A program made the position numbers and the translations under genes. Of a stretch of DNA of 64,000 nt, positions 18,361-30,900 are shown piece after piece. The notes beneath the pieces are model-generated. The model had not been told where the DNA came from. It did not search any database and was given only the letters and a program-made list of their open reading frames with translations. Each line of letters starts with the position of its first letter. Position 1 is the first letter of the stretch. This stretch comes from Phoronis australis (taxonomy: Eukaryota; Animalia; Phoronida): contig NMRA01000178.1 of the NCBI GenBank assembly GCA_002633005.1, forward strand, positions 193,395-257,394. Reading direction: 5' to 3'.

Positions 18361-20229
18361 CATTATTATGTGGACTGGGGACAGGCTCTTCTTGATGGAG
18401 CACAGCTCGACACTTTTAATTAGTTGACTGAATTAGTCCTTCATCTATGTAACCTTTATTAATTGTAATTAATATTTTAGACCCCAAGGTGTAAATATGG
18501 GTGTTTACCGGTAAATACCTTTTACACAATACGCAGTATTGCGCTTGTACGTTGGATGCCATCATGTAATGGTCGTGATTTTGAATGTTCTGAGAGAACA
18601 CTCATGACGGTCGTTGTTCATATGTTATCAGAGCATGAAATGTTAGTGTATGATCGTGTTCAGTTTATTATTACAGCTCTTCCATGAAAGAGGATTTGTG
18701 CAAGTCAGTGGCAATTGTGAAAAAATAGCAACTAATTACAATTAAACTATGTTACAACGTACCATGTTAGGACTTTCTGAAAATGTTTTTTGTCGGTAAG
18801 GGTTACTGTAATTAAATCATCTTGCAGTTGTAGTTGAGTCTGAAATAGCGCTGTACACCCCCAACGACCCCCACATCAACATTAATCTTTATTTTTCTGT
18901 CTAGTTTCCTTTGCAAAAATGCAATTTAGGTGTTGGTGTTAGCGGGATGCAGGAATCCATTTTAAGACTAAACTATAAGGAGTTGTGAAATGGATCGTTT
19001 TGAGTGAACAAGGTGTGCTGTAATCCAGTTTGACTGTAAGTGTTTGCTGAACTGATTAGTTGTTGAACATTCTCATTTACCCACCTGAAGTACCCGATTG
19101 GCACGTTTTCAATTGAATTGCTTCTGGAAACACTCTGTATTTCTTCCAACGAGCCACTTGGCTCCTTCAATTTGGAATTGTTGACTCACCGATTCCTATG
19201 AATATGACATCGCCCTCTGTTGGTGTTTCCAGACAACAACTCCAGTAACCTGGACCATGAGTCAGACAACTTACAGTAATTTTTGACATATTTAGCACAC
19301 AAGATGGCCGGCAAGTGCAATAAGTAGTTTATCAAATTTCTGGTCAAAAACAAATTTCAAGAAAATGTTAATCTATTGTTAGTGAGACTTGAACTGTGTG
19401 GATGTCAAAAAAAAACATTTTAGTGAATTTTCCATTACTTGCAACTTGCCTTTGAAAAATGGGAAAGTGACAATTCTGGTAATTATTTTTGTGTGAATTA
19501 AGTGGAGAATTACCATAAGTCTGGCACACCCAAGTCTCTTCAGACTCGAGTTTTTGACTTTCACCACACAGCCTGAACACTCTGCTGAAATCAAGATGAA
19601 ACTCTTCTTTTCTAACACCCTCGGGTATTGTCTACGAACACGGGCAGATGAAAACAACATTTTCGCATTAATCGAGTTAGTCGTCAATTCTGAGCAAAAG
19701 ACATTTTTTCCTAAGCCAATAATGGAGTGTGTTATGTTTCCGATATCCGGTCAGAGTTATCTCCCCATGTAGCCAGATGCCATGTGACACTATTATGTAA
19801 TATCAGCCATCAAAATGCCAATTGATCATTTATGATTTTGATAACTGGTTGTTATTTCTGGAAATGTCCTCGACCTCCACACGTTATTTGGCAGTTCTTG
19901 GTGAGTCAGCTTATGGCCGAGCCGGTGTCGCCACCTGGTGACTGAGTAGAAGGAGCCAGGCAATTCCCCGATGTCATGAGAAATATTACAGAAAGTTTCC
20001 TGAAGTGTTCTGATTGATAATATGCACATCATGTTTATAAATGTTTCATGCATTTTGATCTGGAAATTTTGCAATATGTGCCAGGAGAAAGATGAAAAGG
20101 AAAGAATTCTGTGACGTTTAACCACTGTATTTATGTGATAACTTGATACTATGAACAAATTAGAATTCTCAAGTGCTTTACACAATCCTCGGGTAAGAGT
20201 TTGGGATAGCGTGTACAACATCGTGAAGT

Positions 20230-20760
20230 TCCTAAATAGGTGTCTTAGGTGATGGTGAAATTTGACGACTTTGGTTAAAATTTGTCGGTACTTTTGGTAC
20301 AGGTTGAAACATAATGTATTCAAGACTTGTCTTCCCTAGATTTGGTTCCACAACTTTAGCCTGGTTGTGTTTTTCTGTTGTATTAGTCCTTACCAGGTAT
20401 TTGATGAGTTTGGAAGTGTCTTACAAAACACAATGGTTGAATGACCAAACCTGTCGTCATGATTTAATGCCAGCATGGTGGAGTCCACCAATGCACCTTG
20501 GAACAGTTTACATTTTAAATTTGCTGTGGTAAAGTCTTCAGTTTGGCAATTGCTAAAACTGCAATTTTTCTGTTTTTCAAAGGTTTACTACACAGCTACC
20601 AGATGCTCATATTTTATGGTGTTATGACAGTTTAACTATAGAAACCATGCTAAAAATGAAGTAAAACATCGGATTCCTTAGAAGATATTTTTGTAAAAAA
20701 GATCATAATATAAAACTCCTTAATGTTGTCTCCCAAACTGATGTATTTTTTCAGTGCCCT
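20230..20760. repeat. Old dispersed repeat; second copy at ~49200-49680
   Basis: Shared ggtgaaattt.ac, tttttcaaaggtttactaca, tagaaaccatg and taatgtt.t.tcc.aaa blocks. Confidence 0.55.
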
Positions 20761-21943
20761 GGTTACCAAAGGTCCAACATTGTGGCATGTGTCTTTTGTC
20801 AAACAATATGGAAAGAAGTCACGATAAAATGCAAGCTTTGTTCTATTTGGCCTCAAACCTAATGGATGACCTTGTGTCTAGACTGCAATATAGGTCAGGA
20901 GTGGATGCTTAGCTATTAGTCTGTTGGGCTGGAATGATGTAATGAGTTTGACTGATGAATATATTAGGTTGTTATAATTCAGGCTGGTCAAACAGTTGGA
21001 CTTATGTAGCAACTTCTTGATTGTGCAACTGGGTAAGTTTAGACAATGTTTTGTATTATTTCTTAGATTAAACTATAGTTTGCTTACTTTTGAGCAATTA
21101 ATGTAAACCATTTTTATGCAGAATTATTACTGTGAACAGGAATAATAGCACTGTCTTTAAGATATTTCGTAGAATATTTTATATATAATTATATTAATAA
21201 TATACATTGCAATTGTAATCATATTGTTGTCTGAGCCAGATCTTGGATGGCCATGGCTTGGTGATTCATCGCTGTGTGTCAGGGGACATGCGCCCTCTAC
21301 AGGCGTCTATCATTTCTTGAAACACAACATTAGGGAAACTAGCCCCAGGATGTGGCGTTAACAGCCAGTCGACCTGTGCTTGGTAGAGTGGCTAGAGGAG
21401 GTTCATTCCCTGACTCGCAGTCATTCTTGGGTGCTGTGAAAGATCCATGACGTCACTGATACAACAGACAAATTAGCTGCCTTATCTTAGACTCCTCAGG
21501 CGCCGTTTTCGGACGTCTAGTTTTCAATCTGAAATAAAGCAATGGAATATCCTAACATTAGCCTATCTGAGGAATATCGCTGGGAAACAATCATTAAACT
21601 CTATTTGTTCCCCAGAAGAGCTTGCTTGGTAAACTTTTGTACTAACGTGCCTTGTTAAACCCAAGAAAAGGGTTTCAATGAGTGACAAACTCATGATGTC
21701 ATCCCGAGTTGTGCTGGAACACTGCTTGCCCTGGCGGTAAAATCTGGTTTCATTTTAGTTCAGTCTCAAACATTAATCTGGTAGACCGTTAACAAACAAA
21801 AAAAATAACACAAGGCGTTTCAAATGCGTTTTAAGCGGTAACCATGCGCCTTAACGATGATAGTAAAGATGTTCGTGTCTAAATCATTATGTTTCCGAAG
21901 GACTTCTTATTCCCAAAATTGATAATTTTACGCCATCCAGAGT

Positions 21944-22068
21944 CATGGGCGGCGCAGCTATAGCCCACCCCAGCCCCCTATATTGGTACGCCGCCCGTGT
22001 CCATGGTGGCGCAGCACTGAAATAACTGGGGGCTATACCCCCCAGCCCCCTGTGGTGCGCCGTCCATG
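21944..22068. mobile_element. Two adjacent tiny CATGGGCGG-type MITEs related to 18128-18200
   Basis: catgggcggcgcagc...cgccgcccgtg and catggtggcgcagc...gcgccgtccatg, with gggggctatagcccc cores. Confidence 0.5.
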
Positions 22069-24257
22069 GTGAGCTGTCTGTTCCATTTTTTCTCAGTTAG
22101 GCACGGCTAAAGTTTATGTCCTAACTTCAATAGGCCTAAGACACTGGCTGTTTTGTTTGTTGGACGAACTGTACTGAAGATGGGGGCGATAGTTCTCTCG
22201 GTCGTTTGCCTCGCCGCTCTGGCGGCTTCACCCGCTCTTTATATTTGCTGTTTTCTTCCCCCGGGCAAGGCCAAATATATTGCACACACTGCTTCCATGT
22301 CGCATGTACGCCCCTGAGGCCAGTGAGGGCATCAAATGTAGGGGTTGGCTCACGTGGTGTGTTCGTGTGATTTAACGAATCGGTCTCATCTCTAGGTCGT
22401 TATTATAACAGTTTCCGACTGGACCGACCCAGGTTCATTTTTGGGTGAGCGTGAGGGCGTCCCCATTTCTTTCTATAACCGCACCCGACCTCGGGTTAAA
22501 AACTCACTTGCAATCATCCAAGCCAACTTTATACAAGTCATTCGGTTGTTCTATCTACAAAAATTGCTACCAACCATTTAAGGAGGGAGACAGCGGACGT
22601 TGTATTCTGCCTTGTTGAAATTAGATCTACAACGTGGGCCGCGGCAGAGGTTTTATTTTTATGTTTTCCCTAGCCAGAACAGCAAATTAATACAACAATC
22701 AATCGCACGAAGTATTCCTTGCAAGGTAGATGTGCTATTTGCATCATTGCATGCGCGCACCCAGCCTATGGGGGGCTCGAATTTCTGGCGATATGGACCC
22801 TTTTGGTGACAAAAAACGGGGGGACTAAAGAAACGGGGTAACACCTTCACTCTGCGTCTGTGCCTTTTCAGTGGACTTTTGTGTCGTTTTCTCAGACTTT
22901 TTGTTTCCCTGAGGGTGCGCGCATGCATTGCCATTCGCCTACAAGTCCTTATTTACTGTAACATGCACAAGAAATTAGAATTTTGAAAGTCATTTTTGCG
23001 AAGGCCTGAAATGGTCTCTAATTTGACTTAAAAGTCCTGAATTGAAATCAATGGCAATTGACTGCTTTCGGTCTCGTCTCGTCACTCGTCTTGAGACAAG
23101 ATCGAAATCTAGGTTTCAAAAAACTTCCATGACTGACTCGATATTCTAACGGAGTTGGTGATATGAACATACCAAACAGAAATCAATTTTAAGACGGAAC
23201 TAATTTAAATCGCCGAAAGTTTTTGTTATGCCACTCAAAGCGGCGTTTTCGCTGTCGCCTATTATTTTAAAAATGTATTTTTTTGTATTTTGAACATTTT
23301 TATTTCATTTTGAAATCTAATAGATTTTGTTCTTTGTAATGCATTTGCACTGACTGACCTGGCACTATAGTTAAAGTCCGTGCACTGGAAAGTGGAAAAC
23401 ATCGTTACTGAACTGGCCCGGCCCAGACTCGCGGGGGGACTTTTGCCAAGTTTTTGGAATCCTCGTCGTTTTCGGCGGCAGCACCCACCCGTCATGTCAT
23501 TGGCGCAGGAGGAAATGCTAAGATGGCGGGAGACTCCGGCTAATGGCGCTGCGAATTCGGGTCTCCAGCAGTGTGGTTGGACCCCGGCGGGGGTCTGATT
23601 CCCGCGAACTCGCGAATTTGTTCTGAGGGCGAGCGACAACGACACCGGATGGAGTCACCTCGTCCCATCTATGCACACATGCATGCAATCGAGCATGCAC
23701 ACGCTCACATGCACCCACGACGCGCGGGCACATAGGCTAGTCCTACTCTTAGGCTACATCGCAAGAATCCGTACCTGTGGGCCAAATGCAGCCCACTCGC
23801 ATTCTAGACACTGACAGGTCACCTGTCTGTCAACGAATATTTACAAAGATCACTAGGCAGTTAACCCGTTGCTAATTGTTAGTTAAATGCGGGTCACTCG
23901 GCGATCGGAGTACTGAATCAGTTACGTCTGCGGTTAATTCGGTTCAAACCGGTTCTCTTGTTGCGCTATCTCTCGGCACAACTCCAACTGCGACGCTCAG
24001 TGTGTCAACTCTGTTCGAATCCGCTTTGTGCTTACAAGGTTTTCTCTGGTCTTATGGTTTCATTTTGCCGTCATTGCTGCTCGGCAACTGAAGTGGACAC
24101 AATCGTTGGTGTCTCGTAGAAAGTTGGTTTCTGTTCGGTCAATTAACTCTGTGTTTGCACACGTAAGTAGGTCACTACCGGGGATTACTACCACAGATAG
24201 TCAACAGTTGACATCAATGATGGCAGTCGGGGGGCAGTGCAAATAAGTACACATTAT

Positions 24258-24415
24258 CAGTGGCGGATTCAGAGGGGGGCCAATGGGGCCATGCCCCCCT
24301 AAAGCTCTCCCAGATTTCATTTGGCAATTCGGGGGTGCGAATGTCTGACAGGCAAAATCCTGGCTAATACTCTGCCCTGCGGCCCCCCACCCCGAAAATC
24401 CTGGATTCGTCCCAG
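24258..24415. mobile_element. Degenerate hAT-like MITE
   Basis: CAGTGGCGGATTCAG ... CTGGATTCGTCCCAG termini and a G/C-run core; TSD not preserved. Confidence 0.5.
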
Positions 24416-25963
24416 CTTGTGACATTAAAATGACAGTTGTTGGACCTCAGGTTCAGTAGGTGACGCTGCTAAGCTATTATTTTCAAAGTTACTGTTCTTG
24501 ATATTCATTGATTGTCTGAATTGGACTTGAAACCATGCAGGCTGGCAAGAGCCACGAGTTATAGTTTTATCATGATAACTTTCCACTATAACAGATATGA
24601 CGTTTTCGCGGTATTGTTAGAGAATGCATGAAAGGGACGCGTCTTTCATGATTTTTTATGCCTGGGTCAAAGGTCATGGTTCATTTTTATGTGCGTAACA
24701 AACAAAAAATTTGGTTTATTCGCCAGCTCGTGTGCAGCAGTTCCTATAATAGGCCTACTATCCCCGGCCAGTTACTGGCTTGCACGAGTCCGACACTCCT
24801 TAACAGTAGATAACAATCGTCCCATTCATGTTTGGGTAACCAGCGGCTCATTATGCACACAGAATTTCATCAACGGGTGCATCTATGACATATAACATAT
24901 TGACAGTGCTGTAGTGGTAAAACCAGAGGTAAGTAGGTGCTCAAAGCCCTCTGTATCACCTTCTGCACTGAATTTTAAAACTGCATTCAATTCGCAAAAC
25001 CTGACTCACAAACATGTAAGCCTATTTTTTGACTCACGAGTGGTTATTTATTTCAAGTCTGCACTGGCGAATCTAGGATGTCGCAGAAGGGGTCCCAACC
25101 ATACAGGAAGGCAAAGGTCCGCATGCACTGATTCCAAGCGGTCTCGTACCCAAAAATGGATCACTGAAATTTTCGGATATATATGTCCGAAAATGTCAGT
25201 AATCCATTTTTGTTGTTTTATTTACGTCATACTTTAATATTCTACTTTTCGACAAACAAGTGTATCCTGTAGAGGATCTGGATCGCCTCTTTTAGTTTCG
25301 GATTTATTTTCTACGTTATTTATGATGTATAGGTAGAAATTTAAAGAAACTATACCTATTTTTGATAACTTACGGGCTTTTATCACAGATTATTGTAAAG
25401 TTGATTACTTGATTTGTAAACAAAATTTTGAGTTGGAGCGACACATAACTAAGTGGAAAGATCTTGCATATTTTATTTAGTTTCTCTGTTGTACGTATTG
25501 GTATTTAGTGTTGTTATTTGTGACTAAGTGTGCACACTTGCTATGTATATATGTTTTGTAAATATGTTTTTTCTGCAAAAATAAAAATTAAAAAAGCAAA
25601 TAAAAATTAAAAAAGCAATCGGCAGTCACTGTGGCTTCTATTACCGTTTGAAGAATGATTTTGCATAATTATATAACCGAGGCCCGAGCCGCATGAACAA
25701 TTCCGTGCAATACATTTTGGACCCCGCATGATATGACGCACGTGCACTTTGCTTTGAGAACATTTCGAGTAGGAAACACGCTAGTGTTGGCTTACGCAAT
25801 AACTGCACATTACATCGTGTCAGATAATGAAATTTGTATTGTCCATATTTCAGCACATTTGCAAGCAATGCTAGCGTTTCAAAGATCAGCGCAATTGTGT
25901 CCAAAAATCTGCAAAGTCCGAGTTTGCATGGATGTGTTGAGAAATCGCACATTTTGTCGCAAA

Positions 25964-27151
25964 ATGACCATCGCAGCAACGGTAGGAAGCCAACGTCTTG
26001 CAGACCCAGGTGGGTGTTTTTTTTGCAAGAGAACTATCTTCTAAGGAACGCTTTACGTTTTGTCAGTTTTAGGGAACGGGGTTCAAAGTAGCTAGTTTTC
26101 GTCAACGTGCCTTTACACAGACGACGTTAAGTATATATCGACGTCAGAAGCTGAAATATCTTCTCAAAATGGCGTTTGCCGTTATCAGTCAGATAAATAG
26201 TTCAGCAGCTATCAACAAATTCCTCGTTTGTTGATAGAAATTGAAGGCTTCTTTTAATCGAAAATTTTCTCTCTTGATTCTTCAGTGAACATGGACACCT
26301 TTGAAAACTGCTCTCTGTCCGACGTAGACGCAATTTGCAAAGAATTAACAGACGGGAGTGGTTTTTACAGAATCGAAAGCGCATTTTCTGTAGAGGACAC
26401 GGTACATGCACGTGACTTAATACATCATCACATCACAATAGGTGGGCGTAAGGCAACACACTTCCAAGGGAAGGACGAGTCTAAAATTGACTTGCAAGCT
26501 CGCGTGTGGAACCTGCTAAACAAAGGCGAGATATTCAGCAAAATGGTTCTACATCCCAAAATACTGGCGATTGGAGAACGCCTACTTGGAGACGATTTTC
26601 AACTAGGAAGCATCGCTAGCAACACACTGTTCCCGGGAGCGGTAGGACAAGAACCACACATTGATTATCCATACTGGGACTACTTTGAGCGGAAGCACTG
26701 GCCTCAAGTGCCAAAGGTAGAACATGTTCACTTCCACATGAACATGCAAGTCACAGTTCTCTTGGATGACTTTACTGTTGAAAATGGTGCGACAGCAGTT
26801 GTGCCAGGGACCCAAAAGGTTCCCAAGTACCCAGTGAAAGAAGAGTTTTTCCAGGCATGCACACAGACACTAGGCAAGTCAGGGGACGTAATCGTCTTCC
26901 TGGGCTTGCTACACCACTGTGCAATGCCCAATAATAGCAACCAGTCACGCAGCGCAGTTCTCATTCAGTGTTTGCCCAAATTTGTGCGTCCAATGGAGGA
27001 CATAAAACGAGTCTTACTTCCAGATGTTGCAACTAGGGCTACGCCCCGCATGCGTTGCCTGTTAGGCATGGACTACCCCTACCCCGCTGTCATGGACGAG
27101 GCAGAGCCAGTCAACAGTGAAGGATCCATGTCAAATTTTAAGTGGAAATAG
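25964..27151 (+). CDS. Phytanoyl-CoA dioxygenase (PhyH) family Fe(II)/2-oxoglutarate-dependent dioxygenase; join(25964..26009,26286..27151), alternative start ATG at 26291
   Basis: Long ORF 26285-27151 with the facial-triad HxD (QEPHIDYPYW), the PhyH motif LDDFTVENGATAVVPGTQK, the distal His (LLHHCAMPN) and a 2OG-binding Arg (SRSAVL). A putative exon 1 (MTIAATVGSQRLADP+G, donor GTGGGT at 26010) splices in frame to the acceptor ttctctcttgattcttcag at 26285. Exon 1 is less certain than the main exon. Confidence 0.9.
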
Positions 27152-27900
27152 TAAATTTTCTACTTCCATTTGTGAGTTGGTTAGAGACCACATACAGATG
27201 TGATCCTCAAACAACTACTGTTGAGGCCAAAAAATTATATAACTGGTTCTGGTCTGCAGCCGCCTCATTTTGAAAACTGTGCCCCTAAACTTGCACTTAG
27301 TAAAAACAGGATTTGTGCTAGCACCATGTGTTGCTAAGCAACAAAGAAGGACCCTGGCCACTTCAGTCTGAATCTGACGACTGTTTGTTCTTACAATTAA
27401 TGTAGACAACTAAAAATACTTCAATCTTAATGTACATAACAGATGCTTGATTTTTCGGCCCGGTACTGCTATTTCGTTTGTGATTTAAAATGCTTAAAAT
27501 GTTTAGTTAAAGTTTTATTGATATTCCATGAAGTCAAAACAATAAAACATCAATTTCATTTGTTCCAGCATCCAAGTGCAAAATTACCATATTTTGTTAA
27601 TGATATAGCAACACATGGCATCCCCTTGAATGTTTTACATAATGGAATATTTGCATAAACCCTATGACCTGTATACTAGCAATACACAAATATGTGACAT
27701 CACCTTCTCACAGAACATTAATATGCGGTCGACGCCTATCAAAGCTAACTTGAAGAACTTGTTTGATCAGAATTTCTGTTCAACTGATCTCTGAATACAC
27801 AGTTGTGCAGTATTAAAGACAACCCAAATGTGCCAAACTACATCAAAGTCCAATGCACATAGCCTCTATCCAAACATCATACAGCTAAGCTGCAACTACT

Positions 27901-30900
27901 TCAGTTGGCCGCCTTCTGTTTCTGACACAAATTTATCTTGTCACCAAGTCCCAACGCCATACCCTGAAACAAACATAGCAATGGGAATAGAATAAACAGT
28001 TCTAAAGACAACATCGGGAGAGAATCACATGTGCAACTGAGTTGTTAGGTCTCTCACAACACTGTCCCTATTCAACAACTGTACAACTTAAGAGTCAAAA
28101 TGCTGACAATGAGCCAATAAGTAGAAAAACTGGTACATAATCAAAGATGGACACTCGTCCAAGCTTGCGTGTTAAAAATACAGATCCTAACATAAATGTT
28201 GCATGAAAATAGACTTATTTTGTCTCTCCAAAAGTCTTGCATATTTACTTTAGACTGTCCACTTTGGGGCACCACAAAACACTAGAAATTACATACCAGC
28301 TTGAAAGTATATGCCTCCCATTTTAAATTTTACGAATGCCAAAACAATGGTGAGACAGCATTAACAAAACACAGTGTGCCCTCTAAGAGTGTGAGACATA
28401 CCTGACTCTTGGCCCGGATACGGATGTGTCCAACTACGGCAGCATCGGGTCCTCCTAGAATAGGCTTCTCAATGGAAACGTTAGCCAAGGCGTCTTCACC
28501 AAAGATGGAGCGAGCGTAGCAGTTGGCCGCCATGAAACCACACTCTCCCTGCAAAGCCTGTAGCAAAGTGGAGATGTATTAACAACAATACTGGGACGCT
28601 GCAGTACAAGCATGAACGGAAACTTTAAGCCTAACTGTTGATTACATTTTTCAATTCATGGCATTGATGCTCAAAAGATGTAGAAACCAAATTCATGTGT
28701 GCCACCGTTCAAGGTAGGCTTTAAAGGCGAAGGCAACCTTTTTCCATGTCATTTTGAGCTAAAATAAGGTTGGTTGGTTATCCTAGACATATTTTCCACT
28801 TAATTACAACTTTTCGTAATTTTATTAATTACTCGTCCGCTACTGCGGAAGTGACGTTTTAGGAGGCAAGCATTTCGCGCCAATTTCATTTCATATAGTC
28901 TGACTGTTAGAGCTGCCGAATCAGTCATTGTTCTACCTCGGTTGTGTGAAGTTCCGTCGCCGTTTGCTTTCATTTACTAGTCAGTCAACATGCCACACTG
29001 TTGCTGCGTACCGGAATGTACTAATTATCGGCTCACACGCGCTTTGGGAGTACCTTTGCTTCGCTTTCCGATGGATGACACACTTCGCCGTACTTGGCTC
29101 GTTCGTGTGAAGAACGCAGCGTTACCCGTCCACGCAACGTACAAAGCAGTGGAGAATTACCGTGTGTGCGGCAAGCACTTTCTGCCCTCCGGTTACGAAA
29201 GGGATTTGTACGCTGAACTGATGAAGGTCCCTGCGAAACAATGCCTGAAGAAGGATGCCATTCCGTCTGTGTTGATTCCCGGCAGTGCCCCATCGCCACC
29301 CCCGAGAAGTGCATTTTTGAAGCGAGAAGCCTCGCGAGCTGTGGCCAGTACAGTGACTGGAGCCAGTGGAGGCACTTCATCTACTGTCACCCGTGCCTCC
29401 GAACGTACCCCAGAGCGTGCAATTCCTGGAACCAGTAGTGATTCGCCCTGTGCTGTTTTCTCCAGCCCAGAGCCTCTAAGCAGCCCTGCAGCGATATTGA
29501 GTAGTGGGAGTGATTACAGGCCCAGTTCGACACCCAGTGAAGAGGACAGTTTGTCGTTCAGTGAACAGATCGGTGAGCCAAACTTTGATAAGTTTATTGT
29601 GGACTTGTCTATTTAGAAGGTGCCAGGTGTGTGGCGAGGGAGTTACACGACACGATGTAAACAGTTTGGGTGCTCAGGTCACCATCCAGTGGGAGTGTGT
29701 TGCGGGACACTCTGGCAAGTGGGACAGTTGTTCCTCTGTCCGTGGTATGCCGAAGGTCCACTTAACCATGTCCAGTAGTGGCTTGGCCTCGTCGAACTCT
29801 CAACAGCACAAGCATTCCATTGAGGTAGGCATAACAACGCACACAGTGCATTTGCACCAAGATGTGTCACCACGTCTGTCCTCAGTAGCCGCCTCGTTTC
29901 TCTCAACAGCTGCCTGTGCCTGTGCGTGCTCTGCCTCGTTATACTCGGGCTCAAAATGTACCCACCCACTGAATGTCCGTGAAAAAATTCCTCGTCACCA
30001 CTGCTGTGAACAAGGTCTCCGTCACTCACACTACTGTCACTGTGATACGGGTCACCGACTCCAGCCATTTTCAGCTTACAACACTAAACAATCCCTAAAT
30101 CCAACGTAGTTGAGTTCTCTACTTACTTATCTTGCCGCAGAATACTCGTCGATGGAAAGTGGTGCGACAATTGTTGAAAAACAGCACAAAACAAAAGTAG
30201 AATAGAACAGATTCGCACGGTAAAGTCAACGCAAAACCAAGTGGCGGGAAACGCTTGCCTCCTAAAACGTCACTTCCGGAATAGCGGACGAGTAATTAAT
30301 AAAATTACTAAAAGCTGTAATTAAGTGGAAAATATGTCTAGGATAACCAACCCACCTTATTTTGGCTCAAAATGACATGGAAAAAGGTTGCCTTCGCCTT
30401 TAAAGTTCCTATTGGGGTATGGCTCACAACCTCTTCCAGTCATGAGCTAGTAAATAAAGGGCTACTTATCATTATTAGCTTAAGACAGCTCTCCAGCATG
30501 GGAAACTAAACACTGCCTTCATCAATCGCTTCACGCAGCTTCACACATTCTCTATTGTTTGACCAAACAATCCAACAGATTACAGCCTGTACCGTACTAA
30601 CTGACTTCCACTCACTGAATAAACAGACAATGTAACCTTCCCTTATAACACAGCTCTAGTCCATTGACTTCATTAGACACTGTCCCAACAGAGGGCACTG
30701 ATCAATGACCCTCACCTAACCACAGACTCACCTTTTCAGGTGTGAGACACTTCATGTTGGTCGACTTCAGCAGGTGTTGCAGGTACACCTGTAGCTCCTT
30801 GATGTTGGTGTTTACCGTCACCTTGTTCTCCCACTCAAACTCCGCCCACATCTGTCGGAACTCGGTGTCGTTACATGACGCAGGAACTATGTAGTCCATG

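Larger units (their letters stand above)
28725..30399 (+). mobile_element. Kolobok-superfamily DNA transposon, internally deleted (1675 bp), in the COPB1 intron between coding exons 19 and 20
   Basis: TTAA TSD at 28721-28724 and 30400-30403; termini AGGCGAAGG...CCTTCGCCT (RR...YY); ~158-bp TIRs (28725-28882 and 30242-30399); THAP ORF on + and a convergent Cys-rich KolX-like remnant on -. Confidence 0.9.

Noticed and set aside
19826-20323. 165-aa minus-strand ORF
   Set aside because: No recognisable domain or splice support, and it overlaps a dispersed repeat.
28725-30399. piggyBac or P-element identity for the TTAA/THAP element
   Set aside because: The termini are AGG...CCT rather than piggyBac CCY, the TSD is TTAA rather than 8 bp, and a convergent Cys-rich accessory ORF is present; all fit Kolobok.
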